From Tubulanus polymorphus (lineage: Eukaryota > Animalia > Nemertea): a stretch of DNA of 64,000 nucleotides. The DNA is taken from NCBI RefSeq assembly GCF_964204645.1, contig NC_134027.1:22840560-22904559 (forward strand), given 5' to 3'. The position numbers and the translations under genes were made by a program. The notes below the pieces were generated by a model. It made no database searches. It had not been told where the DNA came from and saw only the letters and a list, made by a program, of their open reading frames with translations. Each line of letters begins with the position of its first letter. Positions within the stretch are counted from its first letter, which is position 1. Positions 1 to 12,400 of the stretch are shown here, in pieces.

Positions 1-19
1 TAAATAGGTGGTATTTTAC

Positions 20-667
20 CTGTTGTATATTCAAATGTGAGGATAACAATCGCAAACACGATCCACACTACATTCTGAATAGAACAAAATTAAAACCGTT
101 TTACATCATCAGGTTTGCTTTATTTCTAAATTAATTCTCCAATCGACGTCTAAATTGTTCGTATCCATTCCATCAAGGAAAAGACCTGGGGCCGGTTTCT
201 CAAATGTTGTTTAAGTCTTAAACAGTCGTTAAATTGCTAAACGGGTCGCTAAAAATTAACCAGTCGTTAGTCTTAACGACTGGTTAAAATTAAACAACCT
301 TTGAGCAACCGGCCCCTGATTTTATCATGGACCCTAAAACGAGAACTTAATTTCAGAGTCCATGTTTTAATCAAGTCGTCTATAGGAATTCGTTTTTATT
401 GACTTGTGAATCTGAATATTGATCATTTTGAATAGAAGAAGACAATTTGTGTATGGATCTATTATAGACGGGTACTTGAAATCCAAAATCCTTCTAAAAA
501 GGGTTTCGTTTAACCCAAATACCTTATGGATAAGTTTGGTATTATTAACATTTCTTCGGTTATGAGAAGGCTGCTGTGGTTATACGTTGGCAACCCTTGT
601 ATACCTACGACATTATGGATAAAAATATGCACTAGTATATACTCACTTGGACGCGTTGAAATTTCAT
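20..667 (-). CDS. G0: 5' coding exons (start exon + signal-peptide exon) of an IgSF receptor gene running off the left edge; paralog of G3
   Basis: Exon 667..647 (MKFQRVQ, then gtgagt) and 55-nt exon 74..20 (NVVWIVFAIVILTFEYTTG, ag/gt bounded). Both are homologous to G3 exons 33416..33393 and 33082..33028, and the flanking DNA 1-1160 matches ~33020-33895. Confidence 0.75.
189..315. mobile_element. MITE, PIF/Harbinger-like (GGGCC termini, CTG target duplication)
   Basis: TIRs gggccggtttctcaaa / tttgagcaaccggccc, flanked by ctg on both sides. Absent from the paralogous site near 33186. Confidence 0.65.
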
Positions 668-1238
668 TGTTTTCCGAGTAGTCTCGAATAGTTTAAAAAA
701 GAGATGTCGTTTCGATAGTTTTTTTTTTTACAATAATCGTCAATCAATCCCTTGAAACACCTTGTTGAAACAGAATATAATATGCCAAATCTAAATCTTA
801 GCTAAAACAATCCTGTCTTCGAGAAGGTATTGCGTAACATATTAATGCGTCGCAGAAATTCAATCCAAATTGAGATTTCTTTAAACTTCACTTCCTCGTC
901 GCATTACACGGTGCATTAAGGCACTGCTTATGTTGAAATTCTTTCAATTTGCGATACTATACGATCTATACCTAGTTCTAGTATATTTCATAAAGGCTAT
1001 TCAAACCATACTATTGTTTGGAAAATGGGAAATACCCGCGCAGTAGGTTTTATTTTCGAGAATAGCTGAATTACGAAATAACCAAATTCCGATAATGGAC
1101 ATGAATTTATTGTTTAACCCTCTATTGACCTCCGAAACCGGTATCTTCGGGAACCATTCGCTTATACACTGAGGTCTGCAGAACCACTTATCAAATAATT
1201 GTCGATTCGATTCCGTTCTGAGGTCTTGTCGATTGTTT

Positions 1239-1715
1239 GCTGATGTCATAGGGGGATTTATGTAAGTAATTCCCTAACTCGGTACCGATTCAATCACCAC
1301 GTCAATCACTGATGATGTCATAGGGGGATTCATCCATACACTCATACTTCCTGGGAGTGTCTACATATCACTTCGATGATGTCATAGGAAGGTCTATGGG
1401 GACAGCCAACTTTTCTAGCAAGGAGTCTAGATCAATCTGATGATGTCATAGGGGGGTTTATGGGAGCAGCCATATTTACTAGCAAGGCGTCTAGATCAAT
1501 CTGATGATCTCATAGGGGGATTTATGGAAACAGTCCCCTTAACTACAACTGGTTCAATCACCACGCCAATCAATTTGATGATGTCATAGGGGGATTTATG
1601 AAATCAGCCATCTCCTCTTGAAGTGTCTTCTGTGTCATTTTCTGATGTCATGGGGTGGTTTATAGAGGCAGCCATCTTTTAGATTAGTTTGCTGATGTCG
1701 TAGGGGGATCTTATC
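1239..1715. repeat. Degenerate tandem array, ~8 units of 50-75 bp with core TGATGTCATAGGGGGATTTATG
   Basis: Core copies at ~1239, 1310, 1375, 1438, 1502, 1576, 1642 and 1691. The intervening sequences are related to each other (cagcca, tctagatcaat). Confidence 0.8.
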
Positions 1716-2817
1716 TAGAAATGCCACTCGATGTTATTCCTTTTGATCACTATTGCTTTTAATATGGCTGACTGGCAGCCATCTTTGATTTTCAAAATCA
1801 ACTATCCTCATCATCACTTTTTCAAGTAGAATCTCACTTTTCACAGGAACAATGTGAAGGTCATATTTTACTGGTTGGAACTTTGTTGTTTTGATTTCTC
1901 TCATTTTACCACTAGAACTGTTTATATCACGAAATCTGAAATATCCAGTTCCTAAGCAACACGACAATGTTCGCGTGAGATATTCGGTAAAATATTTTTT
2001 TTCGAACGCTTTTTTCGCACCCGGAAGGAATTCTCAACGGTGGTTTTTATCGTGTTATTGGATTCTCTGGCTACGGTTGTGCTGCCGTGTGAGTGTGTGA
2101 GTAAGGACCCCCCACCTCTCCCCTTTAGACCGTCATGAAACGAGTATCGACTCGAAAGTCGTTAGATTCGGTTTTCTGTAGTTTTTTTCTCCATTTTCTT
2201 CGTTTGTTGTTGCTTGGAGCAGACGACCTTGATCTCACAGACAAGAGAAAACAGAAGTTCCTACATCACAGCGGCAATATTTGACCGATTCGTTGAGAGG
2301 CTACGAAATTTGCATTCATGAAAAAAAAAAAAATCGAAAATGAGATATCACGCGTGAAATGATATATCTCACAATGAAATATACACGTGATATTTGAGAT
2401 GATAACACAGTTTTAGAGTCGGAAAACTGGCAATTGGCGGCAGCAATTTGATATTTCGATACTATCTCACTCTCTCATCCCGAAGACGTCAAACGGCGAT
2501 AAATCGGGAGAAATCGCGAGACTTATTAACAAGAAACACTTTGTTTATATCACCAACGTTAACTTGGTCCAGCTTACGAGATTGCCAGTCCTAAAATCTG
2601 ACTATATAATTCCAGGGATCTGAATGACCAGACGATTTTATGACCTTACTGGCGGACGAAATATCGATTGCTTTCTAGGAACGAAATACTACGGTATTCA
2701 TACGCTCGCTAATACCCTTACTCTTAAGAAGTGCATAGCGAACCAACTATATAGTGAGACTAGATGATACAATCGGGCGTGTAATTGTGGTATTTTTGAT
2801 GATGACTTAACCTCCTG

Positions 2818-2925
2818 GACCCAGTTCCACAGTTGTGAGTTAGAGTTAACTCTGAGTTAAAGTTAGTTCATATTCAATGAGTTAACTCTGAGTTAAATCT
2901 TAACTTGGAACTGCGGAACTGAACC
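2818..2925. mobile_element. Palindromic MITE with CTG target duplication
   Basis: TIRs gacccagttccacagtt / aactgcggaactgaacc, internal gagttaactc palindromes, and ctg on both sides. The empty site (cctcctggtaagga) is seen in the related copy near 3080. Confidence 0.6.
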
Positions 2926-3059
2926 CTGGTGAGGAGGGCTTCAAAAATCAGTATATAGACTCATTGGTTGTTCCTCTCCACGGAAATCTTTTTTTTTAAA
3001 TCTTAACGCAGGGACTTCTTTGGCCGGTAGGTTGTGATTGAATTACAGTACATCTCTTA

Positions 3060-6000
3060 TATTATTGTTTTAAGCTACCCTCCTGGTAAGGAGGGATTCA
3101 AAAATTACTGTTTAGACTCATCGATTGTTCCTCTCCACGGAAATCTTTAGTAAAAGGCGAAAGATTTAAACGCAGTTGAAGAGAAACCAGAGTGCTCAAG
3201 CTGACATTCCTCGAGATACTTATACCCCGAAACCATTGCCTTTACACACGGTGTTTTACTTTCGACAAAATTTAGATTTTTTTCCGCCACAAAATCAGTC
3301 TTTTAGCCAGAAGTTTCCACAGATTTTAGTCAGAATTTTATCCAAATTTAAATTACACTTAATTAGATCAATCAACAAGCAATGATGCTAAAGTTACAAA
3401 TTTATGATTATATTCATGATGATGGTATCTCGTTTTCCGTGAGTGCTCGGTAAATTCCGTCAATCTCCGACTAGGTGCACCACTCACACTCGACTCTAAA
3501 TAACAATATATTAATTAAACTCGCTAGATTTGTAAATGCTGGTCTCAAGCTACTCTAATATTAGACACGAGCCAAATTTGACTCGCACCAAAATAATCGT
3601 TTCCGTGTGTTCGCGGCTAAACATTAGTTAAACTGCCTTACTTTGGGGTAAACAGTGTTGTCATTGGTTCGAACCTAGTTACTACTGCTTTTTAACAGCA
3701 CTGAATATTTTTTATCTTAAAATATGTATTGACCCCGTTATATATTTGATTGGTAGATTCCGTTTGATTTTCGATCTTGGTGTCCAATACAAACCCATCA
3801 CACCTGCCGGTATCGGAACAGGGGGTTTGTTATCGGCCCCAAATGACAACACAAACACATTTAAACTGAGAACTCCCGTATTCATGTATATGGTTTGTGT
3901 GAAAGCGATGCGCGATTATTTCAATAAAATATTCCAGAAAGTTTTACCTATATCTACATAAATATGTATGAATAGAGAAAGAATTTAGGACCGAAGGCTA
4001 AACAGAAACTTTATTCAATAAGGTATGAGAATTAGATTCAATTTATTCCTCTCCGACCGATGTAGAACACATTTATTCAAATGTTCCAATATGGTTAATG
4101 AGATGAACTGCATTCAACGGAGATAAAATAATGATCCTGGTGAAACGTGACTTGATTGGTCGGATATACTCGGCAGGAGTCTAATGTAACCAGGGTCCAA
4201 TTTACTTCAATTTATCATTTAACAGATCGTCCAACATGATTCGTACAATAGAACGCTTACGATAGACACAGCACTCAAAATGTTCACTCCTAGTGACAAT
4301 ACGACACGTGGCCCGGTCCCGCAGCTCCGCTGGTGTCAGAGCGTCCAAACTCGTCCGGTTAATGTCAAATTAAAATTCAATGTTCTAATGTATTTAGGAT
4401 GTTATCTACCGGCGTCAGTACTGGGTATAACATTCAACGCATTCACGTTGTTAGTTCTAAAACGGTTTAAATCTGATGTTTATTTTCTCATCAAAATTCT
4501 CGCTATAAACGATCTGTTGTTTATGATCGCTACATTCATTCTTTATCCGCTGAGAACTGCGTACATTTACGCCGTTTTGGGAGATATGTTGTTCCGCGTA
4601 GATGACTGGAATCTCGGGTGGATTTTTATTTCAATATCTATGCCGTTTTTCTATATATTTCAGATGACGCGTAACTGGTGCACTGTACTGCTCAGTCTAG
4701 AGCGGTTAATCGTCGTATTGTTTCCAATAAAATCTCGTAGAATTCCCAGAAAGCTGATCTCACAGGGCGCAATGTTATTTATTTCTTTGTTGGGTTTTTG
4801 TGGTCATTTAGGTCAATTTATACCCCGCCAACATCTTGGATTCATCAACTGTCCTGACTATTGGCCTTATATCACAAGACGGCGTGGAGTGATCCGGTAC
4901 AATTTTAACATACGTTTCTGGATTTTTGCAGTTTCTGAGCAGGCTTTTTTCTTCTTTCTCACTGTCACGTTTCCACTTTTCATGCTTGTTTTCATGAATG
5001 TAATTCTTATTTCGGCGACATTTTACCGTCGGGTTACTCGACGTTCACAGCTCGGTGTAACTGATGAATCGTCTAGAAGGGAAATGAGGGTTTTAAGGAT
5101 GGTTTTATCAGTTGTTTTATTGTTTATTATTTGCGAAGGTTTGGGATTTGTGGATCGTAGAAGAAATTGGTTCCGCATAAAGGAAATCGGTTTTTCTTTT
5201 AGATTAATCGCATTGGCATTTTCTATTGTTGATTCATCAGTAAATTTCATTATATATTGTGTGACAAACGACAAATTCAGAAAATCGTCCGTTGACATTC
5301 TCAGGAAAGCTTGTTCTAGAAAAGTTTCTTGTTATCGATGAATAGCTGGCGTGAGTTGAGATCAGACAATTCTACAGTGGAACTCGCTCCGGATTTCCTT
5401 CTAGTTCGGATGAAATATAATATTCGGTCCATCTGAACAGGAACCATCATCTAAACTATTATTTATAATCCGGGTTTAATTTAATTCGGGTGAATCTGGA
5501 CGCCGTCCTTAGCTTTCCGTGTTGTAGTGATATCTACTGCGATCTTATTCAATTACCGGTATACATTGAACTCGCGCGGTCTTGCGAAGTTATTCACTTC
5601 TGAAAGTTAACAAAGATCATACTGTTTATATTAGTAAAAAAAACTGATTGAATATAAAATAGTTTGAACGTAAAGTAAGAAAAAACTCACAATTAAATTT
5701 TAAAGAAAATCTCGATGAGAATCTAATACAGAGGCATCAAAACTGTCCGAACATTTCTCAAACTGGAAAAGAAAGGACAAAAAGGACGATGATATTTTAA
5801 CAATGTTTTTACAACGGATGAATTCATAAAACTGACACCAAAACTGGGAGGGGGTTAGTTTTTTGCAAAATAGGTTAATCTGCATTTCTTTTCTGTTTGA
5901 ATTATCAGGTTGTAAAAATGCTACAGCAAATCACCCGCCCTAATGATAAAGCCTTATAAGTAGTCCAAGTGTTATCTTAATCCATTAGATCGATAGTAAA

Positions 6001-8212
6001 ATGTTACATCGACTATATATTCAAAATAGTCTTAGACTGGAGCTAATTCTAAGCTAGGCCACCGGCTGAATGGCATTTTACATTATCGTTGTAAATTACC
6101 CTCCCGGCAAGGTGGGCTTCAATAATCAGTCTATACACTCATTGATTGTTCCTCTCCACGGAAATCTTTAGTAAAAGGCGAAAGATTTAGACGCGGTTGA
6201 AGAGAAACCAGAGTGCTCAGGTTGTCATTCCTCGAGATACTTATACCCCGAAACCGTTGCCTTTAAACTCGGTGTTTTACTTTCGACAAAATTCTGATTT
6301 TTTTTCCGCCAAAAAATCGGTCTTTTAGCCAGAAGTTTCCACAGATTTCAGTCAGAATTTTATCCAAATACATATTACACTTAATTAGATCAATCATAAA
6401 GCAATGATGCTACAGTTACAAATATATGATTATATTCATGATAATGGTATCTCGTTTTCCGTGAGTACTCGGTAAATTCCGTCAATCTCCGACTAGGTGC
6501 ACGACTCACACTCAACACCCTCTAATGTGACTCGGACCAAATCGTTTCCGTATGATCGCGGCTAAACATTACATAAAATGCCTAACTTTGGAGTGTCATA
6601 GGTTCGAACCCAGTTATTACTGAACTAGGTTTCTTTAACAGCACAGAATATTTTTTATCTTAAAATAAGAATTGACCCCGTTATCTATTTGATTGGTAAA
6701 TCCGTTTGATTTTCGATCTTGGTGTCCCTTACAAACCCACGACACCTGCCGGTATCGGAACAGGGGGTTTGTTATCGGCCCCGAATGACCACACAAACTG
6801 TGAAGTGAGAACTCTCGTATTCTTGTGTGTGGTTTGTGTGAAAGCGATGCGCGATTATTTCAGTAAAATATTCCAGAAAGTTTCACCTATATCTACATAA
6901 ATATGTATGAATAGAGGAAGAATTTAGGACCGAAGGCTTAACAGAAACTTTATCTAATAAGATATGAAAATTAGATTCAATTCACTCCTCTGCGACCGAT
7001 GTAGAACACATTTATTCAAATGTTCCGCGATGGTCTATAAGCTGAACTGCATTCAACAGAGATAAAATAATGATAACTTGGTGAAACGTGACTTGATTGG
7101 TCGGGTATATTCGGCAGGAGTCTGATGTAACCAGGGTCCAATTTACTTCAATTTTTCATTTAACAGATCGTTCAACAAGTTTCGTACAATAGAACGCTAA
7201 CGATAGACTTATTACAGCGGCCGAAAATGTTCGCTCCTAGCGACAATACGACACGTGGCCCGGTCCCGCAGCTCAGCTGGTGTCAGAGCGTCCAAACTAG
7301 TCCGGTTAATGTAAAATTTAAATTCAGTGTTCTAATGTATTTAGGATGTTATCTACCGGCGTCAGTATTGGGTATAACATTCAACGCATTCACGTTGTTA
7401 GTTCTAAAACGGTTTAAATCTGATGTTTATTTCCTCATCAAAATTCTCGCTATAAACGATATTTTGTTTATGGTCGCTACATTCATTCTTTATCCGCTGA
7501 GAGTTGCGTACCTTTACGCCGTTTTGGGAGATATTTTGTTCCGCGTAGATGACTGGAATTTCGGGTGGATTTTTGCTTCAATATCTATGCCGTTTTTCTA
7601 TATATTTCAGATGACGCGTAACTGGTGCACTGTACTGCTCAGTCTAGAGCGGTTAATCGTCGTATTGTTTCCAATAAAATCTCGTAGAATTCCCAGAAAG
7701 CTGATCGCACAGGGTGCAATGTTGTTTATTTCATCGTTGGGTTTTTGTGGTCATTTAGGTCAACTTATACCCCGCAAACATCTTGGATTCATGAACTGTC
7801 CTGACTATTGGCCTTATATCACAAGAAGGCTTCGAATGATCCGGTACAATTTTAAAATAAGTGTCTGGGTTTATACAGTTTCTGAGCGTATTCTTTTCTT
7901 CTATCTTACCGTCTCGATTCCACTTTTCATGCTGGTTTTCGTCAATGTTATTCTTATTTCGGTGACATTTTACCGACGGGTTACTCGACGTTCAGAGCTC
8001 GGTGTAACTGATGATTCGTCTAGAAGGGAAATGAGGGTTTTAAGGATGGTTTTATCAGTAGTTTTATTGTTTATTATTTGCGAAGGTTTGGGATTTGTGG
8101 ATCGTAGAAAACAATGGTTCCTCATAAAGGAAATCGGTTTTTCTTTTAGATTAATCGCATTGGCATTTCCTATTGTTGATTCGTCAGTAAATTTCATTAT
8201 ATATTGTGTGAC
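3060..8212 (+). repeat. Tandem duplication (~2.95 kb period) carrying the two GPCR genes
   Basis: ~3060-5265 aligns to ~6020-8212, including upstream non-coding DNA. Similarity ends abruptly after ...tattgtgtgaca in the second copy. Confidence 0.85.
4280..5341 (+). CDS. Rhodopsin-family (class A) GPCR, peptide/chemoreceptor-like (FMRFamide-receptor-like group), intronless CDS
   Basis: 353-aa ORF with seven hydrophobic segments, TM1 GITFN, TM2 LAIND, TM3 SLERLIVVLFP (DRY variant), ECL2 Cys, TM7 SSVNFIIYC and helix-8 KFR. Confidence 0.9.
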   Translation: MFTPSDNTTRGPVPQLRWCQSVQTRPVNVKLKFNVLMYLGCYLPASVLGITFNAFTLLVLKRFKSDVYFLIKILAINDLLFMIATFILYPLRTAYIYAVLGDMLFRVDDWNLGWIFISISMPFFYIFQMTRNWCTVLLSLERLIVVLFPIKSRRIPRKLISQGAMLFISLLGFCGHLGQFIPRQHLGFINCPDYWPYITRRRGVIRYNFNIRFWIFAVSEQAFFFFLTVTFPLFMLVFMNVILISATFYRRVTRRSQLGVTDESSRREMRVLRMVLSVVLLFIICEGLGFVDRRRNWFRIKEIGFSFRLIALAFSIVDSSVNFIIYCVTNDKFRKSSVDILRKACSRKVSCYR

Positions 8213-8243
8213 ATATGCTGGTAAAAATGAACAATGTCTGTAG
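7227..8243 (+). CDS. Second GPCR paralog, C-terminally truncated (no helix 8); may be functional or a young pseudogene
   Basis: 338-aa ORF closely similar to 4280..5341. After NFIIYCVT it runs into unrelated sequence (YAGKNEQCL*). Confidence 0.8.
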   Translation: MFAPSDNTTRGPVPQLSWCQSVQTSPVNVKFKFSVLMYLGCYLPASVLGITFNAFTLLVLKRFKSDVYFLIKILAINDILFMVATFILYPLRVAYLYAVLGDILFRVDDWNFGWIFASISMPFFYIFQMTRNWCTVLLSLERLIVVLFPIKSRRIPRKLIAQGAMLFISSLGFCGHLGQLIPRKHLGFMNCPDYWPYITRRLRMIRYNFKISVWVYTVSERILFFYLTVSIPLFMLVFVNVILISVTFYRRVTRRSELGVTDDSSRREMRVLRMVLSVVLLFIICEGLGFVDRRKQWFLIKEIGFSFRLIALAFPIVDSSVNFIIYCVTYAGKNEQCL

Positions 8244-8489
8244 TTAATTTTCAATCCAAAGATCCGTTGCATGTCTAACATGATTTAACCTTTCTATGAC
8301 GAAATACAAAATACTTTTGATGATTATGTTGTTAACCCAGAAGCTAACCTCCAATTCACCGTTGTACTGTGAATCTCGTAGAATCATTTTTCTATAATCT
8401 ATTTGCTGATAATTTCAGTTTGTAGTCCAAATTATGAACACACATTTATACCTATGCAGCTGTCATGATTCGACATTTTTACAACGGTG

Positions 8490-8825
8490 GGCAAAAGTGA
8501 CGTTCTCAAAGCCAATCTCAAAGCGCGCAATAGGTGACAGGGCATTCCAATTTACAGCACCTGCCCTTTTGAACCAGCTGCCCCTAAGTATTAGACAACG
8601 TCCATGACCAGTGCAGTTTTAAGAAGAACTTGAAAACTTAATTTTTTAGAAAAGTTTATGACTACAGTTTATCTTAGTCACCTTTAAATTCTAACGAATA
8701 TTTAGTCTCCAAGCGTTTTAAAATTACAACTTTATCAGCTCATATTTATCGTATACTGATGTAAAGCGCACTGATTACACTTTGTAGGTGTGCGCTAAGA
8801 AAATGAATGTATTATTATCATTATG
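8490..8825 (+). mobile_element. 3' fragment of an L2/CR1-type LINE
   Basis: Degenerate RAF..APAL.NQLP.SIR....FKK.LKT-like C-terminal coding sequence, then a gtaaagcgcactg...gtgcgcta stem and a tattattatcattat tail. Absent from the paralogous promoter near 34035. Confidence 0.55.
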
Positions 8826-9102
8826 TTTTGGTGGTATGAAAGTGTTGTGATAAAAGTCATAAAATGCTGTTGTTTTTAGTTCAATTGGTAAATATGATTT
8901 TAAAAATAGTATGATATCTACATGTCGGCGGGGCTACATCCATAGGCAGCATATCATTTCATACATTCATTTAATAAGGTTGTTTTCTAAAGGTTGTGAA
9001 TACAGCACCCGGTCACAATTCAACAACCCTGCATATCACTTAGAAATACCGGATTCACGTTTTCTTAAACACCACGCACCTGAGTCGCTTTTACGTATAT
9101 AA

Positions 9103-9119
9103 TACTTCCTGGTTGGAAT
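9103..9119 (+). promoter_or_regulatory. Conserved promoter motif TACTTCCTGGTTGGAAT (ETS core) upstream of G1
   Basis: The identical 17-mer occurs at 18897 (G2) and 34359 (G4). It contains the ETS core (CAGGAAGT on the - strand) and is preceded by a TA-rich stretch. Confidence 0.45.
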
Positions 9120-9491
9120 AGACAGATGTTTTTAAGATATTCATTCGAGGGGAAATCTAAGGGTTCGATTTTTTAGTAGTGTTGATTTGCGTATCGTAAA
9201 TTTTACTTCAGTCGCTTTACTTTAAAATTTATTTTCGTCATTTCTACTTTCGCTTTGCTGTTATTTCTTATTTACGTCATGATGATCACAAAACTCGATT
9301 TCCAAAGGTCAGAATAACACTTTCTATTTATCGTTTTTCAGTATTACTTTCTACTATTATTATAGTATGTATTCTGATTCAGTATAACACTTCAGCCTTT
9401 TCGTGCAGCACTTGGAGAGGGCACGATGTGATAGTCCATGATATGTCTATGCCTATTTAAAGATATTCCATGGTTCTTTGAGGTATACAGC

Positions 9492-12400
9492 ATGTATAGG
9501 AAGGTAATTATCTGAGCTATATGTTGTCATGCATTATGATATCTAAAATAACTCTGGATGTGGTTCCATTGTTGGTTAACATTTGACCTTGTGACTGATA
9601 CGCACGCATTCAATCATAATCTTGGACCATATTATGCTATAGTAATATTTCTCACGTCCTACGTTTTCGGGCCCAGCTTCACAGATTTTATCAGAAACAG
9701 TACAAACGGACTATTCATAGCTTATCTGGCTCAAACACATGCATAGCTACCTGTGATATTCTAATATCAACTAGATCTAATGAATGAATAAATTTATTTT
9801 CTAATTAATTTATCGCATCAATGATGTTATGAATTAAAAGCATATACGATATTCTATGAATTTTAACACGGTGAAGGACCCCGGCAAGCCAATAGCTGTA
9901 AACAAATTGTGGCCGAGTCCTCTAATAAATGAGAATGAACAAGAAAAAAAGACTAACAGAAGCAAAAGAAAAGAAGGAAAAATAAAATTAAAAGCAAAAG
10001 AAAAAAAGACGGGAAATATAATGAAGTAGAGTAAAACCATAATGCTAAATCAATACAGTATCTTCATTACAGAATTGTTTAACATTGACTGTAGTGTTAT
10101 TACTGATGATGTGCACAGGAATAAACGGTAAGGGAAAATATAACAGTCACGTAGCTTCGAACTTTCCAAACTCATCTTTATTGAACTTTTACCGTGGTAA
10201 AATCAATGACGATCCATTCAGGAATTCCAATCACATGAAATATTATGCTTATTACTCCTAGCTATTCTAAAAGAGGAAAAATGTATTTTTTTCATAACCT
10301 ATATTTCATTCTGATTAACTTGGTGGCCGTTTATTTCAGCCCATATTTCTAAGGTGATTAACATTGCAACGTATTTGATGATGTCGTTGGGGAGATGGCG
10401 ACGGTAGTTTTTCAAAGATGGGAGAAATTAGTTGATCATTGATGAAATTTCATTTCCACTTGTTAGTTGGTAATAAGAAACTCGTTGTTAAATATTTCTA
10501 GGGCAGCAGCAGAACTGTATAGACGCAGCGGATACGACGATCACGGCAGTTGCTACACCAGCAGTTGTAAAACTAGGTGGCACCACTGTCGTACAATGTC
10601 AGGTTTCACCAACCAGTAAAGATTTCTGCGGGCACGGAATAACACTGAGTAGCCCCTCACGGCAGTTTGCGCTTGATAAGACCGACTGTCCTCGTGGAAC
10701 TATCACTGAAAACAACGCTGTAGAATGTGACGTCACAGCTGGACGTTATGGTTTACGTATCACTAACGTACAGATGACTGATGCTGGAGAATGGTCATGT
10801 GACTACATGAACTCTTTCCCCAATACTAAAACAGTTATTACCGTAGTAGGTGAGAATGACGAATAATAAAGAATATCATAGAAAATACGTGTATTTTTGA
10901 TAACTTCCGAAAAATGTTTAGGTGACAAAAGATTTTTATTTGAATTTTCTGCGAGTTTTTCCTTCATTCTTCTTACAAAAATTGATTAATAATAAGATAA
11001 TCATTTTCGCTGCCTTTTATGGTGGGATGTTTTACTGAGAAAAAAACACGCAAAAATAGCGTCTGATTTTATGTTACGTCCCCAGGACGCTTTCGAACAT
11101 TTTCGATTGAGAATCACCGAGTCTGATGCATAGTTTAAGTCATTCTAATTTGAAACCCTTCACGAATAAACACTGTTTTCTACTATCCCGACGTGTCATA
11201 TTTTGCTTGTAGTCCATTTATCCATTGTGTCAGATAAGCTTGGGTGGCTTTACATTTACAGCGCCCCCGAGTGGACCAGTTCTAAGATCTCAACCAAACA
11301 CCACCAACAACAACATCGTCGCAGTACAGGAGAATTCACCATTAACAATCACATGTGACGGTTCACAGCCTGGAGCTACAGGACTGGCGTATATATGGAG
11401 TGGTGTCAATCTATCAGGACAGTCTAATAATAAACTCAGTTTTACAGCTGTCAGTAAAACTGATTCAGGTGTTTATACGTGTACAGTATCGAATACATAT
11501 GGAACAGTTACTGGTAGAATCACTATCAATGTTCAGTGTAAGTGAACACTTGTCATTTTATTCTTCATTTTAATCCATACATCCACATCAAATACTAATA
11601 TAACGAATTGGTTTTCATAGACAAGCGACTGTAGTAAATTGAAGAAAAAGCCAAACAAAAGTTTCTGCTAAAGAAAAAACTATGTAGTTTTGTTAACTAT
11701 GTAATGAGAAGACGTATATGTTTCTCTGATGGCTGATTAGGACGGCAAAAGAAATGTTTATGCTGCTCAATATTTCCAATTCAATATTTACGCAAACGTT
11801 CGAAACTGTGCGTTTTTTGATTTCTGTAGACCGTTGATCTACCAAATCTATTTCATGTAATCACCGTATCATTGAGTCAGCTATAATTTTACCAAAAATT
11901 CTGATTTTGCGAATTCGATACTCGCTGATAACATTTCTAGCCTCTGTCCAGTTTCACCAACTTCGATAACGGCGATTTAAGATTCTGGCAGCATACCGAG
12001 TTCGGTGGCATATCGGGGGTTAAATCTGATTCGTTGCAGATGTTCCGTTCTCTGAAAAAAGCTGGCGTTAGGGGGGTGGGGGGTGGTGATTTTTCAGGGG
12101 GTTGTAGTAACCGTGTCGCTTATTATACTTTCACAAATGCTCTTGTATGCTACGTCCATTTTGATTGGCTCAGAATTCAGTCCCTCTACGTCACTACTCG
12201 CATAGGTCTTCCTTGTAATCGTTACTTTTCTTCAGTCTTTTTTTTCAATTTTAAGCATTACTTGTTTTGTCAGTTTAGGTCCGAGATTTCATAGTTAAAT
12301 TCCGGGATTGAATGTTGACAAAAAACTCTCTCACGTAGTCTTATGATGGAATGTATCTATAAGGTCACCAAATATCGAAGTAACTTACAGATTTATCAAT

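Noticed and set aside
1239-1715. CRISPR array
   Set aside because: Eukaryotic context, no cas genes, degenerate repeats, and the spacers are related to one another and variable in length.
3746-3961. Small duplicated ORF upstream of each GPCR (also 6706..6900)
   Set aside because: Non-ATG start, indels between copies and no recognisable domain; explained by the tandem duplication of non-coding DNA.
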